This document shows positions 11,208 through 22,111 of a stretch of 64,000 nucleotides of DNA, one piece after another. This DNA is from Tubiluchus corallicola (Eukaryota > Animalia > Priapulida). The notes under the pieces were generated by a model. The model was not told where the DNA came from. It ran no database searches and saw only the letters and a list, made by a program, of their open reading frames with translations. How positions within the stretch are numbered: the stretch's first letter is position 1; each line of letters opens with the position of its first letter. The stretch is from positions 290,259-354,258 of the forward strand of contig JAQGDQ010000216.1 of the NCBI GenBank assembly GCA_030141605.1, written 5' to 3'. Position numbers and translations under genes: made by a program.

Positions 11208-11215
11208 CAAAGATA
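11208..11215 (-). promoter_or_regulatory. -7 box (TATCTTTG) for gltX
   Basis: TAnnTTTG on the minus strand 35 bp upstream of the ATG at 11172. Confidence 0.6.
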
Positions 11216-11220
11216 AGGAT

Positions 11221-11363
11221 TGAGGCTTTTACAAGGCTCATCTTTTCATTAAATATTTTTATCAAAACTCTTTTCAAGCTCTTCATTTATGTCAATAAGG
11301 AGTGGCTTATAATCAAGTTTTCCTTAGTTTGAACCAAAATATGTCATCTTGCAAAAGGCCTCA
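11221..11363 (+). repeat. Dispersed MITE-like repeat, copy A
   Basis: Terminal IR TGAGGCTTTTACAAG / CTTGCAAAAGGCCTCA. Internal sequence similar to the copies at 21781, 47149, 52426 and 58740. Confidence 0.75.
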
Positions 11364-11371
11364 AATTACTG

Positions 11372-11379
11372 TATTTTTG
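11372..11379 (+). promoter_or_regulatory. -7 box (TATTTTTG) for fprA
   Basis: TAnnTTTG with a TTG (11349-11351) 20 bp upstream, inside the repeat's right IR. Confidence 0.6.
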
Positions 11380-11433
11380 CAATTTGGGTAGCTGGTGAGT
11401 GTAAGTTATCAATTATTCTAAATACGAAATACC

Positions 11434-12648
11434 ATGCATCATATAAAACTATCAGAAGATATTTATTACCTGGGGTTTAATGACAGGCGCACCCACCTCT
11501 TTGAAAATATATGGCCAATTCCTCACGGAGTCTCTTATAATTCATACCTTATTGTTGATGAGAAAGTTGCGTTGATTGATACAGTGGAGCGACAATTTAT
11601 AGATGGCTACCTTGACAAAATAGAGGGTATAATAGGCAGTAAAAAAGTTGATTACCTTGTTATTAACCATATGGAGCCAGATCATTCAGGGGCGTTAAGA
11701 GCCATTGTTGGTAGGTATCCTGATGTGACGCTGGTTGGAAATAAGAAAACTTTTGGTTTTATAGAGAGCTTCTATCTTAAGCCTGAAAATATTATGGTTG
11801 TTGATGATAATGACACCCTCAACCTGGGAAAGATGAGGCTGCAGTTTCAAAAGATACCTATGGTTCACTGGCCGGAAACCATGGTGAGTTATGAGGAGAC
11901 AAACAAGATACTGTTTTCGGGTGACGCATTTGGCAGTTATGGAACTCTTGACGGAGGTGTTTTTGATGATGAGATAAATCTCGACTTTTATGAAGTGGAG
12001 CTTATGCGCTATTTTACTAATATAGTGGGGAAGTACTGTGCTCATACGCAGAGGGCTATGAAAAAGATATCTGAGCTAGAGTTAAGGATGATAGCAACAA
12101 CTCATGGCCCCATTTGGCGTAGTGACTTGAAGTGGGTGCTAAGCCGGTATAAGAAATGGAGTTCTTATGATATGGACGAGGGGGTTATTATTGTCTATGG
12201 TTCTATGTATGGACATACAAAAGAGATGGCGGAGGTTATTGCTAGACAGCTTTCTGTAAGAGGAGTAAAAAGTATAAGGGTTTACGATTCTTCCAAGACC
12301 CATTCATCTTACATAATTAATGATATTTTTAAATATAAAGGGTTTATAGTGGGCAGTTGCACTTATAATAACTCACTGTTTCCAAGTATTGAGACCCTGC
12401 TTTCAACGATCAGTCACATGGGTGTTAAGAATCACTACCTAGGTATTTTTGGAAACTACGCATGGAGTGGTGGTGGAGTGAATAGGCTTAAAGATTTTGC
12501 TGAAGATATAAATTGGGAAGTGGTGTATCACCCTGTTGAGGAGAAGGGCAAACTGGAAGACGACAAAGGCCGTATGTGTATAGAGCTTGCCAATGCGATG
12601 GCTGACAAGGTGTTGGAGTGTAAGCATATTGACGAAGAGAAGCGCTAG
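11434..12648 (+). CDS. fprA: FprA-family flavodiiron protein (A-type flavoprotein; O2/NO reductase)
   Basis: GVSYNSYLI, NHMEPDHSG, HWPE, LFSGDAFG, HGPIWR; flavodoxin motif YGSMYGHT. Confidence 0.92.
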   Translation: MHHIKLSEDIYYLGFNDRRTHLFENIWPIPHGVSYNSYLIVDEKVALIDTVERQFIDGYLDKIEGIIGSKKVDYLVINHMEPDHSGALRAIVGRYPDVTLVGNKKTFGFIESFYLKPENIMVVDDNDTLNLGKMRLQFQKIPMVHWPETMVSYEETNKILFSGDAFGSYGTLDGGVFDDEINLDFYEVELMRYFTNIVGKYCAHTQRAMKKISELELRMIATTHGPIWRSDLKWVLSRYKKWSSYDMDEGVIIVYGSMYGHTKEMAEVIARQLSVRGVKSIRVYDSSKTHSSYIINDIFKYKGFIVGSCTYNNSLFPSIETLLSTISHMGVKNHYLGIFGNYAWSGGGVNRLKDFAEDINWEVVYHPVEEKGKLEDDKGRMCIELANAMADKVLECKHIDEEKR

Positions 12649-13093
12649 TATAAGTTTTTTAACTTGAAAGAGAGGATATTTGCAAGTCAAGACGGTTGTT
12701 GGTACAAGTTTTATATTTATTTAAAAGGAAGCTACTTTTAAGCTATAGGTTTTTTATTTGGCTTGGAAAAAAACCGGATGAAGTTGTAATTTTCTGACCT
12801 GAGCAGTGATTTCATAAATGTGATAGACAAAATATTGTATTGAGAAGACATATTAAATGGTTGTCAGTAAGTATACTTACAGGAGTGATTACGTGATAAA
12901 TTGACTTCAGAAAGTGTCTTTGGTAAAAGTCTGCAGGTTTTTATAATTTAGCTAAATTACTTCTTTGCATCTGTACGACTGTGCCTGTTGTAAGGAAGTA
13001 TTGTTAAATTTCTTTTGAGAATCGTGGCTAATTCTATATTTTCGTTAGTAAGTTATTGAGCAGAGAGGCCAAAAATGTATACATATTATTAAA

Positions 13094-15184
13094 ATGGAAT
13101 CCAAAAGTGCCAACAAAAACATTATACACTCCGGAGGTGGAGCTCAGGATGGGTTTAGTACGGGTATAACCGGGAAAAAAAATCGAGATGGAGAAGGGTT
13201 TAAGGATGAGCCTGTTGCTGATGGTAGCAGCGGTAGTGCTGAGAAAAATGAAGAGACAGGGGTGATAAATAGTGCTGGGAAGGCAGGGCTGGATGTGGAA
13301 GAGGGAAAGGGAGAGAAAGAGGAGAAAGAGGAGAAAGGAGAGATTAAAGAGATGGAGGGTAGAGTAGGGCTGGAAGAGAAAGTAGAGGAAGTAGAGAAAG
13401 TAGAGAAAGTAGAGAAAGTAGAGGAAGTAGAGAAGGTAGAGAAGAAGGGGGTATGCAGCATTGACTACTCATCTTACACCAAAGTTCAGTTGATTAACGC
13501 TTTCAGGAAGTTGCTGTCTGAGTTTCCCGATAAGGATATAAGGCATGAAGCAGAGGCTATAAGGTCGTGTTTTTATAAGCTTCACAATGCTGATTTACAA
13601 GATATAAAACGGGCTTTTATTGAAGGTGGAGGGAAAGAGGAGGATTTTGTTACCGCCCCGGATCTGTATGAGCAGGACTTGAAAAATTTGCAGAAGGAGT
13701 ATCGGAATATGAGGGTGGAGTCAAATAAAAAGAAGGAGGCTATTAAAGAAGAGAATTACAGGAAGAAGCTTGAGGTAATAGAGGGTATAAAGGCTTTGAT
13801 TAGTAGTGAGGAATCTATCAATGTCACCTTTAGTGAGTTTAAAAAGTTGCAGAACACATGGAGAGATATAGGCCAGATACCTCACGGTGTGATTAAGGAT
13901 ATGTGGGAGAACTATCATCACCATGTGGAGCTGTTTTATGATTATGTAAAGATAAACAGAGAGCTGCGTGATCTTGATCTTCAACGTAATATGGAGCAGA
14001 AGACGCAGCTGTGTACCAGAGCGGAGGAGTTGGCAGTTGTTGCTAAAGAGGGAAATACCATAGATGCATTTAGGAAGTTGCAAAAGCTTCACGAGAGTTG
14101 GCGCGAAACGGGGCCTGTTCCGAGGGATAAGAGGGAGTCGTTATGGAATCGCTTTAAAGAGGCTACTTCTGTTGTCAACAAACAGCATTTCGATAATGAG
14201 CGGGAGAAGCAGAAGAATAATCTTGAAAAGAAGTTGGCTATGTGTGAGAGTGCTGAGGCATATTCATCTTTTGATTCTACCGATCCGCGCGAGTGGAATG
14301 TAGCGACTAAAAAGATTCTTGCTTTACAGAAAGAGTGGCGGACAGTTGGATATGCACCGCGCAAGAGTAATACAAAGGTGTGGAGCAGGTTTAGAAAGGC
14401 AAATGACATATTTTTTCAGAGAAAACGTGAGTTTTGGGTAAAAAGCAAGGAGCAGCTACATAAGAACCTTGCATTGAAAATAGAGATTTGTGAGCAAGCA
14501 GAGTTGTTAAAGGATAGTGAAGAGTGGAAAGCAGCTTCAAAGGAGTTTATCGAGCTGCAACGAAAATGGAAAGAGGTGGGGCCTGTTCCGAGGAAAGATT
14601 CTGATACGGTATGGAAGAGGTTTAGAGCTGCATGTGATGAGTTTTTTAATAAAAAAGACAAGCATTTTCTGGGAGTAGCAGGGGAGCAGGGGGAGAATCT
14701 GAAAGCTAAGGAGGCCTTGATGGAGGAGGTTAGCGGTTTTCAGTCTTGTGGGAATGCAAAAGAGGATATCCGGGTTTTGAATGAGTTTAGTCGCCAGTGG
14801 TCGGAGATAGGCTTTGTTCCACTTCATAGGAAGGACGATATGCAGATGCGGTTTAGAGAGCTGCTTAACACACAGTATGACAAGATTGAAATTAGCGAGC
14901 GGGAGCGTAATATACATAAGTTTAAGAATAAGGTTGCAGGCTGGATATCACTTCCCAGAGGGTGGGATAAGATAGAGAAAGATAGGGAGAGGATTGTGAG
15001 CAGGTTGAGGTTGCTGGAGAGTGATTTGGCAACACTGAATAACAATATTGGTTTTTTTGGTAAGTCAAAAGGAGCAGAGTCGCTTATAGAAGGAGTTAAT
15101 GAGAAGATAGAGCAGTTGAATGAGCAGATACGGTATCTAAAAGCCAAAATTACTATTGTTGACAGCTTGGAGAAACAAAAGTAA
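13094..15184 (+). CDS. DUF349 domain protein with low-complexity acidic N-terminus
   Basis: Repeated W-x2-(I/T/V)G-x-(V/I/A)P...W-x-RF units and C-terminal NNIGFF, typical of Bacteroidota DUF349 proteins. Confidence 0.85.
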   Translation: MESKSANKNIIHSGGGAQDGFSTGITGKKNRDGEGFKDEPVADGSSGSAEKNEETGVINSAGKAGLDVEEGKGEKEEKEEKGEIKEMEGRVGLEEKVEEVEKVEKVEKVEEVEKVEKKGVCSIDYSSYTKVQLINAFRKLLSEFPDKDIRHEAEAIRSCFYKLHNADLQDIKRAFIEGGGKEEDFVTAPDLYEQDLKNLQKEYRNMRVESNKKKEAIKEENYRKKLEVIEGIKALISSEESINVTFSEFKKLQNTWRDIGQIPHGVIKDMWENYHHHVELFYDYVKINRELRDLDLQRNMEQKTQLCTRAEELAVVAKEGNTIDAFRKLQKLHESWRETGPVPRDKRESLWNRFKEATSVVNKQHFDNEREKQKNNLEKKLAMCESAEAYSSFDSTDPREWNVATKKILALQKEWRTVGYAPRKSNTKVWSRFRKANDIFFQRKREFWVKSKEQLHKNLALKIEICEQAELLKDSEEWKAASKEFIELQRKWKEVGPVPRKDSDTVWKRFRAACDEFFNKKDKHFLGVAGEQGENLKAKEALMEEVSGFQSCGNAKEDIRVLNEFSRQWSEIGFVPLHRKDDMQMRFRELLNTQYDKIEISERERNIHKFKNKVAGWISLPRGWDKIEKDRERIVSRLRLLESDLATLNNNIGFFGKSKGAESLIEGVNEKIEQLNEQIRYLKAKITIVDSLEKQK
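13376..13444 (+). repeat. In-frame 9-bp tandem repeat (GAG-A/GAA-GTA, encoding EKV/EEV), about 7-8 units
   Basis: GAGAAAGTAGAGGAAGTAGAGAAAGTA... read directly from the sequence. Confidence 0.85.
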
Positions 15185-15317
15185 GGGGCACTTCACTATA
15201 TATGCCTCTCTTGCTGGCTTTGTATATGTCGGTTACTTTGTTTGGCTTTTTGTCAGGCATTAAGAATTATTATTTGTTACTTTGCTCACTTTTAAAAACC
15301 TTAATTCAAGACTATAA

Positions 15318-16931
<1,614 letters not shown>

Positions 16932-16962
16932 AATTGAAATAATTAGTTTTTTATAGTATTAT

Positions 16963-18924
16963 ATGGACAGAAATACAGTTACAGGATTAATCCTGATTAT
17001 ATCTATTCTGATATTGTTCGGTTATTTAAGCAGGCCTTCGCAGGAAGAGATTGCGGCACAGAGGAGAGCAGACTCGATTCGCATAGCGGAAATGGAAAGA
17101 GAGAGGCTGTTATCTGACTCCATGAGTTTACGGGAGAGGGAGTATGAGGTAAAAAGAGTGTTGTCTGAAGAGGGTAGTGGGGTGAGTGCCGGGCAGCCTA
17201 ACGAAAATATTGATAATGCAGACCGTTATGGTGTGTTTGCGGCTTCGGCAAGTGGGAAAGAGAGATTCATCACTTTGGAAAACAACTTGATGAAGGTTTT
17301 GGTATCCAACAAGGGAGGCCGTGTCTACTCTGTTGAGTTGAAAAACTACAAAGCCTACGATGGTAGTCCTCTGGTTCTTTTTAATGGTAGTAGTAATCGT
17401 TTTGGTCTGAACTTTTTTGCCCAGAACAGGACTATACAGACTAATGATTTATATTTTAATCCTTTAGGCGGCAGTGCCTCTCTTGTGGTTGACGGGGCAG
17501 ATGTGTCTGGCAGTAAAATGGGAAATGAAAGCTACAACAGGGATAATCCTGGCGGGGAAAAGTCTTTGGTTATGAGGCTTGAAGTTGAGGGAGGGGGCTA
17601 TATAGATTATACCTACACCATAAGTCATAACTCTTATATGCTCGATTTTAATATTAATTCATCCAGGATAGAGCAACTTATGGGACGGGGTGTAGATGAA
17701 GTAAACCTTGTCTGGCAAGTGGAGGTACCTGCTCAGGAGAGGGGGACAGATTTTGAACGAAGGTATGCGGGTGTCTATTACAAGCACTATCAGGATGAGG
17801 TTGATTATATTAAGAGCACGAAGAATAATTCTGACAACATTAGTACTAAAGTGGAGTGGGTTGCGTTTAAAGATCAATTTTTTTCATCCGTTTTTATTGC
17901 TAAGGAGTTTTTTAAGAATGGGTCGGTAAAGCTTAGTATACCCGACGATAAAAACAGTCGCACCATTATGGATGCGTTAGCAGACATGGCTATTCCTTTT
18001 GGCGACAATAAAGCAACGAGCTATGCATTTTATTTTGGCCCCAATGATTTTAGCATTTTTAAGGGGGTACAAGATGATGTTGACATGAGAAAACTGGTCT
18101 ACCTTGGCTGGGGCTTTCTCAGATATATAAATCTATTGGTTATCAAGGTTTTTCATTTCTTTGAGGGGTTTGTTGGCAATTACGGAATTATTATACTGTT
18201 GCTGACTATTCTTATAAAGCTGATACTTTTTCCGCTAACGTATAAGTCGTATATATCAACGGCAAGGATGAGGGTGTTGAAGCCCCAGATAGATGAGATA
18301 AACGCCAAGATACCGAAGGATAAGGCGATGGAGAGGCAGCAGGCAACCATGGCGCTGTACCGAAAGGCAGGGGTAAATCCTATGGGGGGATGTATTCCGC
18401 TACTGTTACAGATGCCTATATTGTTTGCAATGTTTCAGTTTTTCCCTGCTTCAATTGAGTTGAGACAGGAGAGCTTTTTATGGGCTCAGGATCTTTCGTC
18501 GTATGATGCAATAGTTGAGTGGAAGGGTAATATTCCTTTTATTACCAAATACTATGGTAACCATATAAGCCTGTTTTGTTTGCTGATGACTATAACCAAT
18601 ATTGTGTATAGTCGTATAAATCAGGAAATGTCCCAGTCGAGTCAGCAGATGCCTGGCATGAAGGGCATGATGTATATAATGCCGATAATGTTTTTGGTGT
18701 TTTTCAATAATTATGCATCTGGGCTAAGTTATTACTATTTCATATCGACACTTATCACAATTGGGCAAACAGTACTGATCCGTCGCTTTGTTGATGAGGG
18801 GGCTATTTTGGCAAAGCTAAATGCCAATCAGAAGAAGCCCAGAAAGAAGTCAGGCTTTCAGAAGCGCCTTGAAGATATGGCTCGCGAGCGTAGTGCTACT
18901 GCCAAAAAGAGAAGAAAGAGGTAG
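16963..18924 (+). CDS. yidC: Membrane protein insertase YidC
   Basis: N-terminal TM and periplasmic domain; NYGIIILLLTILIK, GVNPMGGCIPLLLQMP, SFLWAQDLS. Confidence 0.97.
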   Translation: MDRNTVTGLILIISILILFGYLSRPSQEEIAAQRRADSIRIAEMERERLLSDSMSLREREYEVKRVLSEEGSGVSAGQPNENIDNADRYGVFAASASGKERFITLENNLMKVLVSNKGGRVYSVELKNYKAYDGSPLVLFNGSSNRFGLNFFAQNRTIQTNDLYFNPLGGSASLVVDGADVSGSKMGNESYNRDNPGGEKSLVMRLEVEGGGYIDYTYTISHNSYMLDFNINSSRIEQLMGRGVDEVNLVWQVEVPAQERGTDFERRYAGVYYKHYQDEVDYIKSTKNNSDNISTKVEWVAFKDQFFSSVFIAKEFFKNGSVKLSIPDDKNSRTIMDALADMAIPFGDNKATSYAFYFGPNDFSIFKGVQDDVDMRKLVYLGWGFLRYINLLVIKVFHFFEGFVGNYGIIILLLTILIKLILFPLTYKSYISTARMRVLKPQIDEINAKIPKDKAMERQQATMALYRKAGVNPMGGCIPLLLQMPILFAMFQFFPASIELRQESFLWAQDLSSYDAIVEWKGNIPFITKYYGNHISLFCLLMTITNIVYSRINQEMSQSSQQMPGMKGMMYIMPIMFLVFFNNYASGLSYYYFISTLITIGQTVLIRRFVDEGAILAKLNANQKKPRKKSGFQKRLEDMARERSATAKKRRKR

Positions 18925-19011
18925 AGTTTTTTAGCCTTTGTGGATAGAGATATTCTATGGGCTTACAGTTTTATGAGATAGTGAGCACTATCTCATAAAC
19001 TGTGTAAATAG

Positions 19012-19043
19012 AAAATGCCGAGGGTTGCAACCCTCGGCATTTT
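19012..19043. terminator. 32-bp perfect palindrome inside the IS256 left end (also in copy 2)
   Basis: AAAATGCCGAGGGTTGCAACCCTCGGCATTTT followed by a T-tract; could block read-through into the transposase. Confidence 0.6.
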
Positions 19044-19072
19044 TTTGTTTAATTTTAAAACTTTAGACAGTA

Positions 19073-20267
19073 ATGAAAAAAGAAGATTTATTAAATGATG
19101 ATTTCCTTGAACAGTTTAATTCAGGGGAAGAGCTCAATGGTTTTTTACAAGAGCTCCAAAAACGAGGCATTGAAAAGATGCTTGAAGGAGAACTCGATGG
19201 TCATTTAGGCTATGATAAGAATCAAAAATCGGATAATCAGAATGCCCGCAATGGCTATTCAGAGAAGAGAGTCCGAACCACTCTGGGAGAATCCAACATT
19301 CAGGTTCCCCGAGACCGTGATGCTTCGTTTAATCCGATGATTGTACCCAAAGGAGGGAACATGGTCGATGGCTTAGAGAATATCATTGTTTCGTTTTATG
19401 CTAAAGGAATGAGTAATAGCGATATTGAAGAGCAAATTCGGGAGCTATACGGTTTTGAAGTTTCCACATCCACCATATCAAGGATTACCGATTCAGTCAC
19501 CAACGACATTGTAGCGTGGCAGAACCGACCTCTGGAAACTGTATACCTAATTGTTTGGATGGATGGCATTGTATTTAAAGTGCGGGAGAACTCTAAGGTC
19601 GTCAACAAAACCGTTTACATTGCCGTAGGACTTCGCAGAGATGGGAAAAAAGAGGTTCTTGGCTTATGGTTGGGCAAGAGTGAGTCCGCTGCCTTTTGGA
19701 TGAACGTACTTACCGATATGAAAGCCCGTGGAGTTAACGATATTCTGATTACGGCAACAGATAACTTGAATGGCTTTACAGATACTATCCGAACTGTTTT
19801 CCCTGAATCTAAAACACAAATATGTGTTGTTCATCAAATCCGTAACGCAAGCAGATACGTGGTTTGGAAAGATAAAAAGGCATTTACAAAAGATATGAAG
19901 CAAATCTAATGCCCCTACAAAAGAGGCTGCAAAAGCAGCTTTAGAAGATTTTGCAGCAGCTTGGGAGGATAAATACTCTTACGCAATTAAAAGCTGGCGA
20001 GACAACTGGGAAGACCTAACAGTATTCTTTGAGTTTCCGCTGGAAATCATAAAGATAATTTATACAACCAACCTGATTGAGAATCTCAACGGAAAAATCA
20101 GAAAATACACAAAAAACAAACTTTCATTCCCGTCAGACCAGGCTGTAATGAAATCTGTATTTTTGGCAACCAGAGAAGCAACTAAAAAATGGTCAATGCC
20201 AATCAGAAACTGGGGCATTGTCTTGAATCAGTTCTTAGTTATATTTGAAAAAAGGGTCCAGCTATAA
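19073..20267 (+). pseudogene. IS256 transposase pseudogene
   Basis: 2-bp deletion near 19907 (CAAATCTAATGCC vs CAAATCTATAACGCC in copy 2) truncates the protein at 278 aa. Confidence 0.9.
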
Positions 20268-20354
20268 ATAGCCAAACCCTCGGTATTTTTTTAGTTTACA
20301 CACTTTGTGAAACAGTGTCAGATAGTGCTAGATAGTGCTTTTTTTGGAGTTTCG

Positions 20355-20852
20355 CTATTTTTCAGGCTGGCTTTTAAACTCGCGCTTCAGGTTGATCATT
20401 TTTATAGCTGTAATGGCAGCTTCGTCTCCTTTATTTCCCAATATGCCGCCGGCGCGATCCATTGCCTGTTGCTGGTTGTCGGTTGTAAGCACTCCAAAAA
20501 TAACAGGGGTATTACTGTTTAAGTTCACCTGCATGGCTCCTTGCGTAACACCTTGGCATACAAAGTCGAAGTGGCTGGTTTCTCCACGAATTACACAGCC
20601 CAGCAATATAATGGCATCAACATTGGTATATTTTGCGAAAAACTGACCTCCCAATGCCAACTCAAAACTGCCCGGAACATGTTTAATTATAATATTATCA
20701 TCACCAATACTACTCTTTTTTAGCGTTTTCACCGCTCCTTTTAAAAGGGCACCGGTAACTTCGCTGTTCCATTCTGATACAACTATGCCAAATGTCATAA
20801 GTTCGATGTCCGGCACGGATTGTATCTCGGTAGACTTGCCTTTTGTAACCAT
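20355..20852 (-). CDS. ribH: 6,7-dimethyl-8-ribityllumazine synthase
   Basis: IVVSEWN, VPGSFEL, GCVIRGETSHFDFV, PVIFGVLT, GNKGDEAA. Confidence 0.97.
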   Translation of the reverse strand: MVTKGKSTEIQSVPDIELMTFGIVVSEWNSEVTGALLKGAVKTLKKSSIGDDNIIIKHVPGSFELALGGQFFAKYTNVDAIILLGCVIRGETSHFDFVCQGVTQGAMQVNLNSNTPVIFGVLTTDNQQQAMDRAGGILGNKGDEAAITAIKMINLKREFKSQPEK

Positions 20853-20943
20853 ATTAAGAGTGTTTTTGTGTAATAGTAATCTCTCTCTTTCCCCATTTTG
20901 TTCCAGAGGGGGCCCTGTTGATATGGTATGGTAAGTTTCCGGA

Positions 20944-21639
20944 TTACTTGCTTAGCATAATATTGGTGCGTGCAATATATTTGTCTATATGCCTTCCTTC
21001 TGCAGAGTCGGGGTATTTATCCCTGATCTGTTCGTACGCCATCAGCGCTTTTTGCAGGTTGCCAATCTCCTTATATGTTACAGCAGCTTTCATCAAATAG
21101 ATAGGAGAGGTGAGCTTATTATCGCTTTGTGTGGCAGCCTCCATATATAGTTTTGCTGCTTTTTCATATTCACCTATTTCGGAGTATGCATCTCCTGTAG
21201 CACCTTTTGCAACAGGTCCCAAAAGCTTATCTTTTGTGTGAAATTTTTCCAGAAATTCAATAGCGTCTTCAAACTGTCCGAGGCGCAGGAATGAAATTCC
21301 TGTGTAGTATAGCGCCAGTTTTCCTGATTTTGTATTGCCAAAGTCATCTATGATATCAAGAAATCCCGGATAATTACCATCGCCGTTAATAGCGAGGTCA
21401 AGCGAATCTTTGCTGAAGTATCGTTCGGCAACAAACATTTGCTCACTGGCAGTTTTTTGGCGAGGAAGGGTGTAGAAACGGTGTGTAGATATTAAAATCA
21501 CCACTGCTGCAACTACTATCACTAATACAGCCGTGATGGCTTTCCTATACTTTTCAAAGAGCTGTTCCGCGGAAGTTAGTGCACTTTCAACCTCTTGTAA
21601 GTTGGTGTCAATTTTACTTTTTTTGCTTGCTTTGCTCAT
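20944..21639 (-). CDS. Membrane-anchored TPR protein (YfgM-like); likely start MSKASKK at 21639
   Basis: One N-terminal TM followed by TPR helices; commonly next to ribH/recF in Bacteroidota. Confidence 0.75.
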   Translation of the reverse strand: MSKASKKSKIDTNLQEVESALTSAEQLFEKYRKAITAVLVIVVAAVVILISTHRFYTLPRQKTASEQMFVAERYFSKDSLDLAINGDGNYPGFLDIIDDFGNTKSGKLALYYTGISFLRLGQFEDAIEFLEKFHTKDKLLGPVAKGATGDAYSEIGEYEKAAKLYMEAATQSDNKLTSPIYLMKAAVTYKEIGNLQKALMAYEQIRDKYPDSAEGRHIDKYIARTNIMLSK

Positions 21640-21780
21640 ATTCTGATTCAAATACTTTTTTAAAATAGTTGTGATAGGGACAAAAGTATATCTTTTTGCC
21701 GAACAGATTTCTATTTTTTCCATATAATTTTACGGAGCTACCAGATTGAAAATAAAGTTTTAAATATGTTTATTTAAAAA

Positions 21781-21912
21781 GAGCCCTTTGCAAGGCGAAA
21801 TATTTTGACTCTGATTTAGGAAAAATTGAATAATAAATCACTCCTTGTCACTGCGAATTATGGGATTGGTGAAATATAAATTGGTGAAAAGATGGGTTTT
21901 ACAAAGAGTCTC
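21781..21912 (-). repeat. Dispersed MITE-like repeat, copy B
   Basis: Ends GAGCCCTTTGCAAG / TTTACAAAGAGTCTC. Reverse complement shares CATCTTTTCA, AAGGAGTG and CAAAATAT..CTTGCAAA with copy A. Confidence 0.7.
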
Positions 21913-22111
21913 TCAATGGGCGATATCATAGTCGCGGTACGAGATGGTGAGATAGCGAGGGTAACGGACAGCTGGCGCAGCTTAATACTTATTGATAAGT
22001 TCCTGATAAGAAAAATATGGGTATATTGCCGAAAGCGGTTATTTTTGGCCAAAATGTATAGATGTAAGGTTTAGCTTTTGTTGCTCAACACTGGAAATTA
22101 TCATTGTTTTT

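Larger units (their letters stand above)
18984..20319 (+). mobile_element. IS256-family element, copy 1 (1336 bp, frameshifted), 8-bp target duplication AGATAGTG
   Basis: IRs AGCACTATCTCATAAACTGTGTAAA / TTTACACACTTTGTGAAACAGTGTC. AGATAGTG at 18976-18983 and 20320-20327. Near-identical to the copy at 26052-27389. Confidence 0.93.

Noticed and set aside
11173-11286. N-terminal extensions of gltX, and similarly of the TPR gene, susC and rny, given by the ORF track
   Set aside because: For gltX and the TPR gene the extension runs through the -7 promoter box; in all four cases a downstream ATG gives a more typical N-terminus.
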